DNA of 64,000 nt, taken from assembly GCA_025603075.1 (NCBI GenBank), contig MU626317.1, forward strand, positions 46,250 to 110,249. The letters are read 5' to 3'. Shown here piece by piece: positions 1-11,744 of this stretch. Each line of letters opens with the position of its first letter. Positions within the stretch are counted from its first letter, which is position 1. The translations under genes and the position numbers were made by a program. The notes under the pieces were generated by a model, which was given only the letters and a program-made list of their open reading frames with translations, was not told where the DNA came from and did not search any database. This stretch comes from Neoconidiobolus thromboides FSU 785. Lineage: Eukaryota > Fungi > Entomophthoromycota.

Positions 1-624
1 CTTTTAATATTTTGTTTTATTTAGTTATTTTTAAATATAAAAAGGATGGGGTTACTTACTACTTTATGTAAAATATAGGATGCTGTATAGGTATTAGGAG
101 TTTAAGAGTAGTGTTAGATCATTATTTTTACTAAAGGGCTTAGTCATTAGCTTTCATATATTGTAAATAAATTAATTGATAATTATTAATAAAAATAACA
201 AAGATAATAAAAGTAAGATAAGAATTACTATTATTTATACAAAATTGAACTACTATATTTGAGATTAATTTCAAATGTATCTACTAAATATAGTCAACTT
301 AATTAATTAATTCATTAAACTAATAGTTTAGTCCAAGTTAACTAAAACACTTGACACTATCCAGTTTATAAATGTGACATAGCACATGCTATCATCTCAC
401 CTTAACTTTATTTATGTTGAAATTAAACTCAGAATTATAATTGATATTCAAACCAAGTAATAAAAGAAAACTCGACTCCAGTTATCAAATCAGTTTAGTT
501 TCTAAAGGACTAGTTAATCCAAATAGTTATCAAACTATAAATTCAGTTTTAATTTCAATCAAAATAATTCAATAGCATCTAGTTTATAAGTGTATTATAA
601 CATCATATTACTTTAAATCTATTT

Positions 625-719
625 GGAGATATTTTTTTGGCTTCATTACTTTTTCCATTTAAGTATTATTTGAGCGGAAAAATTGTTAATAAAATTGTTA
701 AATACAAAAATACATCCTC
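625..719 (+). mobile_element. MITE copy 1
   Basis: GGAGAT...CATCCTC with the shared core TTTTTCCATTT-AAG..ATTTGAG..GAAAA; TSD ATTT/ATTT. Confidence 0.8.
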
Positions 720-1230
720 ATTTATTTTGATAAATAATATTTTTATTTTAATGTATTCAAATTCCCAAAAGGAAGATAAATCCCAATTGATAATCAAGGG
801 AGGGTTGACTTCAATTTAAAAGTATGAGCATGAGTTTGAATAAAAGCTCAGGTGTGATAAAAAAGTAAGTAAAAAAACAAGTCCAAGACAAGTGGGATTT
901 TGGGAAAAATTTTAAGTATCAATTCCATCAATGTACTTATTGCATTATCATCTTGTATCAATCTATTTCATTTAATATTAAAATCCCTTTTTTTAGATTG
1001 ATTTTAAATCAAATTCAATATTCAATTTTAAACTAAGGGATAAAATTTAATATCTTAAATTTAGCTTAAAATAAGGCTTAGCTAGTAAAAAAACAAGAAT
1101 TTTCAAAACTTCACGTATCAAGCTCATCAACGTTATTATGATATTATCATTTCAGTGTTGATGTAAAAAAATTCAAGTAAAATTTTTATCAAATGTAGTA
1201 ATTGTAGTTTTCTCTCAAATTTCAATATTT

Positions 1231-1329
1231 GGGGATGTATTTTTACGTTTAATAGTTTTACTAATAATTTTTCTACTCAAATAGCGCTTAAAAAATAGAA
1301 AAAGTAATAACGCCAAAAAAAAGATCTCC
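1231..1329 (-). mobile_element. MITE copy 2
   Basis: GGGGATGTATTTTT...GATCTCC in reverse orientation; TSD ATTT/ATTT. Confidence 0.8.
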
Positions 1330-1873
1330 ATTTTCTATCAAAATTGAAAATAGCCTATATAGTACTATCCTAACCACGAAAATCATGACAGATAATCCAC
1401 CTTTTTTAGAATGTATTAGTTTAAGCTCGATATCTTGGTAAATTAAATTCAATCCATTCCAAAATTTCGCTTTATTTCTATTACTGTTGATTCAGTTTTA
1501 ACATTATATGGGCATTTTACTTTTGTATTTTTAGACTTGGCTCATGGTGGTTTTTCCTATTTCTTCATTTAATAAATAGAAAGTTCAAAATGCCCATATG
1601 ATGTTAAAATTGAGTCAATAATGTTCATTTTCCAAAATCATTTATAAATTTTTCCATGGCCTAAAAGTGATCAAATAAAGGAATCACTTTATAGCTTAAT
1701 TAAGGGAAATTCTAGAACTTGGAGAATAAAATAAGTCATTAATAAAATTCAAATCTTCTTGAAATAAATGAAAGAAAAGGGTTTATAAGGAGATTAAATT
1801 CCACTTTCTATTGATTCGAATCTTAATTTAACTTACTCGAACTGTCACTACAAAATCAAGCTCCTGTTAAACA

Positions 1874-3272
1874 ATGAAATTCGGTAAAAAAATTCAAGAA
1901 GAAGTAGAAACCATGGGTCCGAAATGGCAGGCCCATGCTATCCCGTATAAAAAGTTAAAAAAAGCAATTAAACATGATAGTCCATCCAGCACCAATTATG
2001 CTCAACTTTCACCTTTATTTACAAATCTTTGGATAGATCATTTAGATCAAGCAAATACAATTACGGAAGAATTTATAAAAGAGGAGGGAGAAGGAAGGAT
2101 GGATGATAAAGATTTCTATCATTTATTATTAAAATCCTTAAATCAATTAAAACTATTTCTTAATGAAGCATTTGAAGATACAAAATTAAGGATACTTCAT
2201 TTAAAAGAGGAGCTATTTGAGGCTACTAACCCATTTCAAAAAGATGTCGTTGTTTGGTAAATTTTTTAGTTCAGTTTTAAAGTAATGAGGTTTTAACAAT
2301 TTAACTTTTTTTAAAAATTATTTAGGAGAGAAATCTTTGAATTATATAAACAATCCCCAATATGGCAAATTAACTCAATACAAGATTTACATGGTATACG
2401 GTATTTAGATATGAAATGTCAATATGATTTATTTTTAAAACAATTATTAAAGTTAGAAAAAGTAAGTATTTATTCTTTAATTATATTATATTATTTTTAT
2501 TTCCATTTTTATTAGACAAAAAAATTTGATAATAATCATTCCAAAGAAGCATTATTAAAGTTTTTAGAGGTAAATTCCATATTGTATTATCAAGTGTTAA
2601 ATGTTGACTAAATCTAACCAGACTAATCAACAAATCTTATCATTAATAAAATTTTGTGAATTAAATCAAACAGCTGCTATTAAAATATTAAAAAAATTTA
2701 ATAAAGCCACCACATTAAAGTAAGTTAATTCTTGTTCCCATCTCTTTAGCCAATCAAAAAATTTAATCTTTTTTATTTTTTAGTTTAACGAACACATTAA
2801 TAAAAAAAGATAGCTCATTATTATTATATTGTCCGAAAGAATTAACTATTCAATGGTATGAGTTAATTGAAACTATACTACCTAATATTGAGGATTTTTC
2901 ATGCCCAATTTGTTTAGGTAAGTTAACTCATTCTAATCCTATATTATCATAATATAATATACCTTTTAATTTTAATTAGAAATCATATGGAAACCAACCA
3001 GGTTATCTTGTGGACACACTTTTTGTCATTGGTGTTGTATTCAATCTCAAGTACAACGAAAAAGAGATTGTCCCTTATGTCGATGTAGTGGTGCAATGTT
3101 AAAAGTAGATGAAAGAGGGACGGATAAAGCATTAGAAAATTATTTAAAATTGTATTTTCCAAGGGAGGTTAAAGTGAAAAGAAAACAACAGGAAAAAGAA
3201 ATGATGTTATGTGAAGTTAGTAATATCCGTGGGGGTGAATTTATGATTAATAATGGATGTTGTTTGATGTAA
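1874..3272 (+). CDS. SPX-domain + C3HC4 RING-finger protein (fungal Pqr1/plant NLA-like E3 ligase), multi-exon
   Basis: N-terminus MKFGKKIQEE...IPYKKLKKAIK is an SPX start. The frame continues across a GT-AG intron (2257-2325) as WREIFELY. Later exons give FSCPICL-EIIWKPTRLSCGHTFCHWCC...DCPLCR (RING) and end GCCLM-TAA at 3270-3272. Confidence 0.88.
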
Positions 3273-3678
3273 GAGGAGAGATCAAAAAGGATCATACATT
3301 TTTTATTGCATTTTTAAAAGTCATGTTATATTAATTAGATAATTAAAAACAATCAATTATAAATGAAATGATTAAAGTTTAAAAATAAAATTTTGTTATA
3401 TATTTATATATTTATATATTTATTTATTTATTTAGCATTATTGAATATTATTTTTAATATTTATTAAATTTAAGCCACCTCCATTTTTAATAATCTTTTC
3501 GAAATTAAACAATCTCTATTAACCAATCAAATCTATTTTATACTTCTAAATTTACCAATAAAATAAGATTACATCTCGAATTGTAAGAATTTTAAATCTT
3601 AAAAAATAGAAGTCAGCTTGACTAATTTGAATTCATTAAAATATAAAAATCGCTTTATTTTAACTAAAAACAATAGTG

Positions 3679-5499
3679 ATGGCAATACGAGCACGTAACA
3701 AAAAAAAGAGTAATTTAGGAGACAGTGTCCATGACAGTACCAATGATTCTATTGAAGTTAGTGAGCTTGATATAAGCAAAAAAGTGATTGTAGGTTGTCC
3801 AGGAGATGCTTTTTCCTTTATTGAATTATTATGTTTCACAATGATTTTACCTTTATTCACTACTTACATTGGTTCTTCGATTTATCTTTATTCACCAAAA
3901 TTAATTGAACCATACCATGGCAATTTCTTTCCTTACTATTTTTATAACTTAAGTGTTGGTATAATAATATTATTAGGTATATTATTAGGTATAATTTATG
4001 AAGCTAAATTCTTATTTCATTTACCTGCTAATATTGGAAGAATTGGTTTAGCATTAGTTTTATCACCCATTTATACGGACTTAATAGCTAGACAATCTAT
4101 GATTTTAGGGCCTTATTTAAGTGTTCAATTATCTTACTTATTACCAGTATATATACCTTTATTATGTTGTTCATGGATTAATAGTAGTTTATTTTTAAAA
4201 AATTGTACTTTTTTTAAAAATGCAGATACTTTAAATCATTCTATTACTTTATTTGTAATTCATATGGCTACTTTAATTATGGGATTAAGTTTATTAACTA
4301 CATTTCCATTGATCTATTCATTTACTAATTTAACATGTTATGGTTTGTTAATTAATGGTCTTATTTCAGCTTTGATTTTATATCTTCTCAATCTCACTTT
4401 ACTTCAGAACTTAAGACCTACAACTTATGATAAAGTATTAGTACCAACAGTTATTATTTGTATTTTATTAGCTACAATATCAAGACATGCTCAATGTTCC
4501 AGTGGATTATCGGAAAAACATTTAGATATAAATAAACCAATGGTAAATGGATTTATACCTTTAGCACGTACTGAGTCAATTACTGGATGGATTACAGTAG
4601 ATGAAGAAAAAGCAAGAGAAATACGCGTATTACGTAGTGGTCATTCAATTATTGGTGGTATTTATCCTAATTATCAAGAAAGTATATTTGGCACTTTTTA
4701 TTATATGGAAACAATTAAATTTTTATTACCTTATAAATCTACAGAAGAAAGAGGTAATGTATTACAAATCGGATTAGGTATTGGTGTATCAGCAAAGGAT
4801 TTAATTGAGGATGATTATAAAGTAGACATAATTGAAATTGATCCCATAGTTTATAATTACTCAAGAACTTATTTTGAATTACCAGAACCTAATAAAGTAT
4901 ATTTAGAAGATGGTAGAACAGTATTAGAAAATAAAATTAAAGGTTCCAGCTATGATTTTATATTACATGATGTATTTACAGGTGGTACAGTACCCTCTAC
5001 CTTATTTTCAATTGAAGCATTACAGTTATGTAAATACGCTATGAAACCAGATGGTGTATTAGTACTCAATTTTGTTGGCGGTATTCTCGGTCCTTATAAT
5101 ATGGCTTTTGAAATGGTAGCTACTACATTAAGAGCTGTATTTCCTTATATGAGATTATTTACGGAAGATTTTAAAGATAATGAAGAAGAAGTAGTTTCTA
5201 ATTTGATTAATTTAGTCTTCTTTGTTTCTGATAAACCAATTGAATTTGATTTACCACCTATTAGTCCAACCTATAGATCTATTAAAGAACATGCTATTAC
5301 TCATATGGAAAAATATGAAGTTAAGTTGGAAAAATACTTACCTCAATTAACTAAAGATTTGGAGTTAATTGATAAATATCATAGTATGGTAGTTACTGAT
5401 AAAGATAACAAATTAAATCAAGTTCAACATCATTCAGCTTATGAACATTGGTATAAAATGAAAGAGTTATTTCCATTAGAATATTGGGTGAAATATTAA
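3679..5499 (+). CDS. Membrane-anchored spermidine-synthase-like SAM-dependent methyltransferase
   Basis: Intronless ORF; the ATG is at 3679 (the track starts at GTG 3676). Hydrophobic multi-TM N-half, then LQIGLGIG, DIIEIDP, EDGR and DFILHDVFTGG class I MTase motifs. Confidence 0.8.
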   Translation: MAIRARNKKKSNLGDSVHDSTNDSIEVSELDISKKVIVGCPGDAFSFIELLCFTMILPLFTTYIGSSIYLYSPKLIEPYHGNFFPYYFYNLSVGIIILLGILLGIIYEAKFLFHLPANIGRIGLALVLSPIYTDLIARQSMILGPYLSVQLSYLLPVYIPLLCCSWINSSLFLKNCTFFKNADTLNHSITLFVIHMATLIMGLSLLTTFPLIYSFTNLTCYGLLINGLISALILYLLNLTLLQNLRPTTYDKVLVPTVIICILLATISRHAQCSSGLSEKHLDINKPMVNGFIPLARTESITGWITVDEEKAREIRVLRSGHSIIGGIYPNYQESIFGTFYYMETIKFLLPYKSTEERGNVLQIGLGIGVSAKDLIEDDYKVDIIEIDPIVYNYSRTYFELPEPNKVYLEDGRTVLENKIKGSSYDFILHDVFTGGTVPSTLFSIEALQLCKYAMKPDGVLVLNFVGGILGPYNMAFEMVATTLRAVFPYMRLFTEDFKDNEEEVVSNLINLVFFVSDKPIEFDLPPISPTYRSIKEHAITHMEKYEVKLEKYLPQLTKDLELIDKYHSMVVTDKDNKLNQVQHHSAYEHWYKMKELFPLEYWVKY

Positions 5500-5680
5500 A
5501 TCAATTTCAAATATATGAAAATATTCAAATCATATAATAGCAGAAAGTTTTAAGAAAGTTTCAAAAATCAATTGCTCATTTTCTTGTTACTTTTTAATAA
5601 AAATAAACTTTATTTTTTAATTACTTTTTAGCTGATTCTTTTGATTTTATTTGACTTTTCTATTTTTTATAAGTTTAAAA

Positions 5681-7323
5681 ATGAACTATCAAGATAGTAG
5701 TACTTCCTCTGATGATGATAACAATTTCAAGATCAAACAATTAGAAAAAAGGGAATTGAAATTAATAAGTAGGATTAATGAAATAGAGGGTCGAATATTA
5801 AAAATTGAAACACAGAATGAAAAAAAGAGTGAAACTAAGGATATAGAATTAGATACTGAGGTGTCTTTGAATTATGGTAATTATTTTATATTAAAATTGA
5901 ACTTAAATAAAAGAAAAAAGAAAAGAAGAAATAAAAGAAAATGTAGCAAATAAACTATAACAATTAATTTTTATAGATGATATTGATTGGAAACAATATG
6001 AAGCACCTCAATGGTGTGTCCCAATTAAAGCTAATGTATTAGAATTCGAATGGAAAGTAAGCAAACATTTCACTAGAAACTTTCAATTCATTTTATTAAT
6101 TTGTTTTTATCAATTATTTTCATTTATTGAATTCTTAATTAGTTACTTTCTAATTACTGTAAATTTGATGTTATATTAATGGATCCACCTTGGCAATTAG
6201 CTACTCATGCACCTACTCGAGGGGTAAGAGTTTAACTAATTATTTTCATTATAAAAAAGAAGACAAAAAAAATATAGTCGATTCTTTTAATTAACTAATT
6301 TACAAATATCTTAATTATTCTTCATTTAATTTGATTTCAAATTAAAAATATCAAATTTACTTTTTTTAAAGGTAGCTATAGGATATCAACAATTACCAGA
6401 TACATTAATAGAGTCTTTACCAATTAACGATTTACAAGATAATGGGTTTATATTTATTTGGGTTATTAATAATAAGTATGTTAAAGCATTTGAATTAATG
6501 AAACAATGGGGTTATGAGTAAGTTTTTAGTAATATAGAAATAATATATTATAATAATATAAATAACAACATATTAATAATAAGCGACTAATAGTTTATTA
6601 TTATGATTTTGTTTCAATCCAAATTATTCAATTCTTTCTATTATTTTGTTTGAATTTTAATATGAATTTTATTAGATATGTTGATGATATTACTTGGGTA
6701 AAACAAACAGTAAATCGTAGGATGGCCAAAGGTCATGGCTTTTATTTACAACATGCAAAAGAAACTTGTTTAGTTGGAAAAAAGGTAAATAGAATAAAAA
6801 TTATGAATATAGAATATGATTCTAATATCAAATTAATATATAACAACAATTTAATAACAAGTTATATAGAATCTATTCTATATGATAATGTGATGACGAT
6901 ATCGGATAATGATAATAATATTGATTCTATTTTAGGGAAAAGATCCACCACAATGTAAACGGTTAATCGGTAGTGATGTGATTTATTCCGAAAGAAGGGG
7001 TCAAAGTCAAAAACCTATTCAACTATATGAAATGATTGAAGAATTAGTACCTAATGGTAAGTAATAATAACAAATAATAATAATACATTATTAATATAGG
7101 TTGATATATGGGGCTGTTTTTTTTGGTTTCATTATTTTTCCATTTTTTAAGCACTATTTGAGTGGAAAATTTGTTAGTAAAATTCTGAAATATATAAATA
7201 CATCCCCATATATTGTTTTTATGATAATGTTAGATTAATTTGATTTTAGGTAAATATTTAGAAATCTTTGGAAGAAAAAATAATTTAAGAGATTATTGGG
7301 TTACTATTGGTAATGAACTTTAA
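5681..7323 (+). CDS. MT-A70 family N6-adenine methyltransferase, MTA1/AMT1-like (DNA 6mA), about 7 exons
   Basis: Manual splicing gives FDVILMDPPWQLATHAPTRGVAIGYQQL...GFIFIWVINNKY...YVDDITWVKQTVNRRMAKGHGFYLQHAKETCLVGKKG...ERRGQSQKP...YLEIFGRKNNLRDYWVTIGNEL*. All junctions are GT-AG. Confidence 0.88.
7110..7207 (+). mobile_element. MITE copy 3 (inside the last intron of the MT-A70 gene)
   Basis: GGGGCTG...CATCCCC; TSD ATAT/ATAT. Confidence 0.85.
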
Positions 7324-7429
7324 TAACAATAATAAAATAAAATATATACATATATATAACACAAATAAACAATAAACATTTTAAAATATATAAATAAAAT
7401 TAACACTTATTCATTTATTTCATTTCAAT

Positions 7430-9562
7430 TTATAATTTAGCTTTAGTATTTTGAATACTAAATTCCCCTTTAAAATCTTTTTCATTATAAATTTCCCAAT
7501 CTTGTGCAATTGGTGAAAGAATTAATCCATCAGGAATACCAAAACCTTCAATATAAGTTAACGCTTGTTTAGATACAAGTTCCACTTGTTGATTTAAGAG
7601 ACTAGATAATTGTCTAGCTTGATTTGGATGAATAAATTCATGACTCATTAAATAAGTTAAATCCGATTCTAAAGTAGATAATATGTAGACTTTACATAAC
7701 TCTTTTAAGGCAAGTCTGAATAAATTAAATTAGTATCTATAGCAACATAACAAAATATTCCGATTTTACCTAGTTTCTTTAGATACACTTTGATCTTCAA
7801 TAGTACGAATAAATTCTAATAAACTAAAGTATTCTCCATAAGCTTTAGATAAATTTTGAATTAAATCTGATTCTTCTTTCATCCAAATTTGGAAGATATC
7901 TTTACCCTCTTTTCTCTTTTGTACAGTGATTTCGCCAAGCTAATTTAAAAAAAATCAGTATTACTTCCATAACTCTTTTCTTATATTCAAAGAACTTACT
8001 TGTTTAGCTCTATTAGCAAATCTCAAATTCATAAAATCGACCAAATCTTCCAATTTATCTACTTTCCAATTTTGTGGATTGGATTTATTATTAAACGGAG
8101 TAAATTGGAATTTCTTTTGTTTAATATCTTCAATCAATTCTTTAGCTGTCTTTTGCATTAAAACTGCATTATCACCTTCCGCAGTGATACCAGCATGAGA
8201 AAATCCAATAATGGATGCAAATGTAGAATGTTGTAAATAACCTTGACCACCACATCTTTCTCTACAAATAGAACCACAGCGTTCTGCATTCCAAGTCACT
8301 AAAGGTTTAATAGCACAACATAAGCGTATGATCTCGGAATAAGGACGTCCTTCTGGCTTAACCCATACTTTTTTAGCATGATTTAAACCAAATTGTAATG
8401 CATATGTACGGGCTAATAATGGAATTAAAGCTTTTTGTTGAAGTTGAAATTCAAGGATTGGGGTATCTGATTTTCCTGAACGACCAGCAGCCAAACGGGT
8501 AGCAGCATAACGTAATGCAATAGTTAAAGCCAATTTAGCACCCGAAGAATTCATAGAAGCAATACATAGACGACCAGTTAAAAGTTGATCAGCTACTTTA
8601 ATAAATCGATTTCTACGACCTGCAATTTCCGAAGTATAAATACCATCAGCAGAAACATCGGAATATTTATTTAATAAATTAATTCTTGGTATACGAACAT
8701 GATCAAATTTTAATAAAGCATTATCTACTCCATCTAAATCTAATTTATTACCCATTTCACGAATAGTTACTCCAGGACAAACTTCATTATTGGGACCATC
8801 TCTAATTTTGACAATAAAGCAATGAATCCCTTCTTGTTTTCCTTTAACTTCAAGTTGAGCAAATACAATGGCATATTTAGCATGTTTAGCCCCATTAGTA
8901 ATCCAAAATTTTTGACTTTTAGTGGAGGGACTATGAATTATAAATTCTTGTGTTTTTTCATCGTAAACTGAGGTAGTTTCCATTTCAATAGCATTATTAC
9001 CATACCCTAATTCAGTTAATGCAAAACATCCAGTCGCATCCATATTGTTCACTTCTTTTAATATATCAGCATGACGTTCAGTACCTAATTTTACTAAGGT
9101 GCCACCAAACTAAAAAAAGTTTAAATATTATAAAAGATAAAATAAAGTATATAAAGCTTACAAGATTATAATGAACGGTAAGTTTAGTAGTTGAAGAACC
9201 GTTAACTAAACCAGCGGTTTCATGAACTAAAATCAAAGATTGATTAATCAAATTAATCATTTATCACAATTAGTTAACTTACTAGCTAATACATTCAATG
9301 GATTTTCGATAAAATCAGTCACTTTAATAAATTTATTTTTACCAATTGCTTTTAATTGTTCAAAAGCTTGTTCCTGTTTTTCATGTTGTAAGCAATTGAA
9401 TTTAGGAGCAAACAAATGAATATTTTCTTGCATAAAAGCTTTTAATCGTAGTCGATTTTCACGGTTATCAAAATCTAAAATTTCATTGATTTCTTGGGCA
9501 TTGAAGCCAGCAGCATCAAATCGTGGTCGATTGTTGATAAAAGCAGATGAGGACGGATACAT
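7430..9562 (-). CDS. Peroxisomal acyl-CoA oxidase, multi-exon
   Basis: [38 protein letters not shown] and [10 protein letters not shown] motifs; C-terminal AKL* (PTS1). Confidence 0.9.
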
Positions 9563-10510
9563 TTTTTGTAAATTTAAAATTTTAGATGTTTGGCTTTTAA
9601 AACCCCTTTTATACTTTTAAATAGCTCTTTTTTTCACACCAACTTTTAAAACGTGACTGGAATTTATAGGTGGTTTTATTTGCCATAATATTTAGTTGAC
9701 GTATTTTAAAGGGTCAATTAATTTGATATTTTGAATTTTGAATTAGAATGTATGAATGTTTATTACTATATATTGTAATAAAATTGATAATAACAAATAA
9801 TATTATATTATTTATTATCAATAATTGATAGTATATTTTAACTTCAATTACCTCATTGGTTTAAATTTTGTTTTTTTTGTATAAATAAAACTTCTTTTTA
9901 ACCCCAATTTTTTGCCCAAAATTTAGTTCAATTATACTTTTGGAATTAAAATTCACATGGATTTTCATTCTTTTTTAAAAGAATCGAAATTCAAATAAAC
10001 TTTAATTCTTGAATACGTCAAGTAAAGACAATGACTTCTGACAGTAATACTTATACCGTTTTAATAGTTATGGTGCTATCTAAAGCCCGTTAGATCTTGA
10101 AAATTCATTCAAAAGATTAATTAATGGCTTAAGTTCTTATTATGAATTTTCAAATATTTTTTAGTTGAGCTTTTTTGACAGATTAATTATTTTTTTGAAA
10201 TTCAAACTTAACCGCTTATTTTTAAAGAATTCATTTCATGTTAATTGCAGTCACACACTAAATCAATTGAATTTAATACCGAATAAATCAATAATATTTA
10301 ACATGCTAGAACTGGTTTTTACTAGTAAAATAATTTACATCAAATAATATTAAATTCAACAATCTTTTTTACATAAATAAGTTATTCCACTATATTGCTT
10401 AATACTTGAATTGATTTCTTTGTTCTTTTAATATAGTAAATCTCATTCAATTTTTATTGTCTAAGTACTACAATGAATAGCCAGATTTCTCTATTACTTA
10501 ATTACAATAT

Positions 10511-10608
10511 GAGGATGTTTTTTTGGCTTCATTACTTTTTCCATCTTTTAAGCACTACTTGAGTGGAAAATTTGTTAGTGGAATTCTTGAATACAAAAAT
10601 ACATCCTC
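10511..10608 (+). mobile_element. MITE copy 4
   Basis: GAGGATG...CATCCTC; TSD ATAT/ATAT. Confidence 0.85.
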
Positions 10609-11203
10609 ATATAGATTCTTAAAAAATTGTTTTACAGCATTGTTTTTTTGTAAACACCATCTTTAACATTGAAAAGAGAATTATTGGCTACTTTTGAGTC
10701 AATAGAAATAAGTGTGGAAGACATTTCAATTCTATATTGTAAACAGTAGTTGCTGAAACTTATTTAAAAACATAGCTATGCAATTATTTTAGTGATGTTA
10801 TTTAAACTATTAAAAAAAAGTAATTTTTCATAAAGTATTATTTAAAGTTGATTTTATTCTATCAATGAGTTTGACTCAATTTATTCCTATAAAAGTAGTT
10901 TAAACTATGGTTGAAAGTCCTCTTCATTTTTCTTTAGACAACTCTTGTTAGTTTTTTCTTTATTCATTTTAATAGAAAATAGACATCCTCAACATTGAAT
11001 TGTTAAAAGTAATAATGAAATCTTAATTAAATTGAACCTATTTTTAATCTAACTGAAAAATAAATGAAATCTTTATTTTAAAATTTGAAAACACTAAATG
11101 AAATAAAATAGAATAATATTGTAAAATTTACGATATTCAAAAAATTAAATTCTTTTTTAATAAATTCTCAATTGTATTAAGTATTAGATTTATTTTACTA
11201 TAT

Positions 11204-11298
11204 GGGGATGTTTTTTTTGGTTTCATTGCTTTTTCCTCTTAAGCGCTATTTGAGCAGAAAGATTATAGCAAAATTCTTAAACAAAAAAATACATCCCC
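11204..11298 (+). mobile_element. MITE copy 5
   Basis: GGGGATGTTTTTTTTG...CAAAAAAATACATCCCC; TSD ATAT/ATAT. Confidence 0.85.
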
Positions 11299-11744
11299 AT
11301 ATATTAAAAATAATTATGAAATGAATTTTTGTATTCAAACATAAAAAGCTATTTGAGTTTGACTAGTGTTTATTTTGTTTAAAAATAATGATATTAAAAC
11401 AATGATATAATAAACTACTATTGATTGTGATATAATTCAGATCTTAAAATTAATTACGAAAAAGTAAGTAAAGTAATTGAGACTAAAAAACTTTATGATT
11501 TATCTAATAAAAAAACTTCCCTCTAAAAACAGTAACGATAAATTAAAATATCAAAATTTTACGTTGCAGTTTAAAATGGCGCTTTTACTAAAAAAAAATT
11601 CAAAAAAGTAGTCAATTTCGATCTACGTCTAACTGTTAAATTTCCGAAATTTTAAAAAAACTCAAAGTAAACCAATTCATAGACCTATCCTTTATCTTTC
11701 TTGTAAATAATCTTTATCTTTTATTTATTCATACTTTAATTAAT

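Noticed and set aside
637-819. 60-aa ORF (similarly 34210-34425 and the start of 59655-59978)
   Set aside because: These begin inside MITE copies; the translations come from the repeat and are not genes.
7106-7211. Link between ApT 6mA methylation and the AT-containing TSDs of the MITE
   Set aside because: ATAT/ATTT sites are ubiquitous in this AT-rich DNA; nothing in the sequence supports a mechanistic link.
10511-11298. Apparent covariation of the two TIR ends (GAGG/CCTC versus GGGG/CCCC) suggesting a selected RNA hairpin
   Set aside because: Other copies mix the variants (GAGG/CCCC, GGGG/CCTC, GAGG/CTCC), so there is no consistent compensation.
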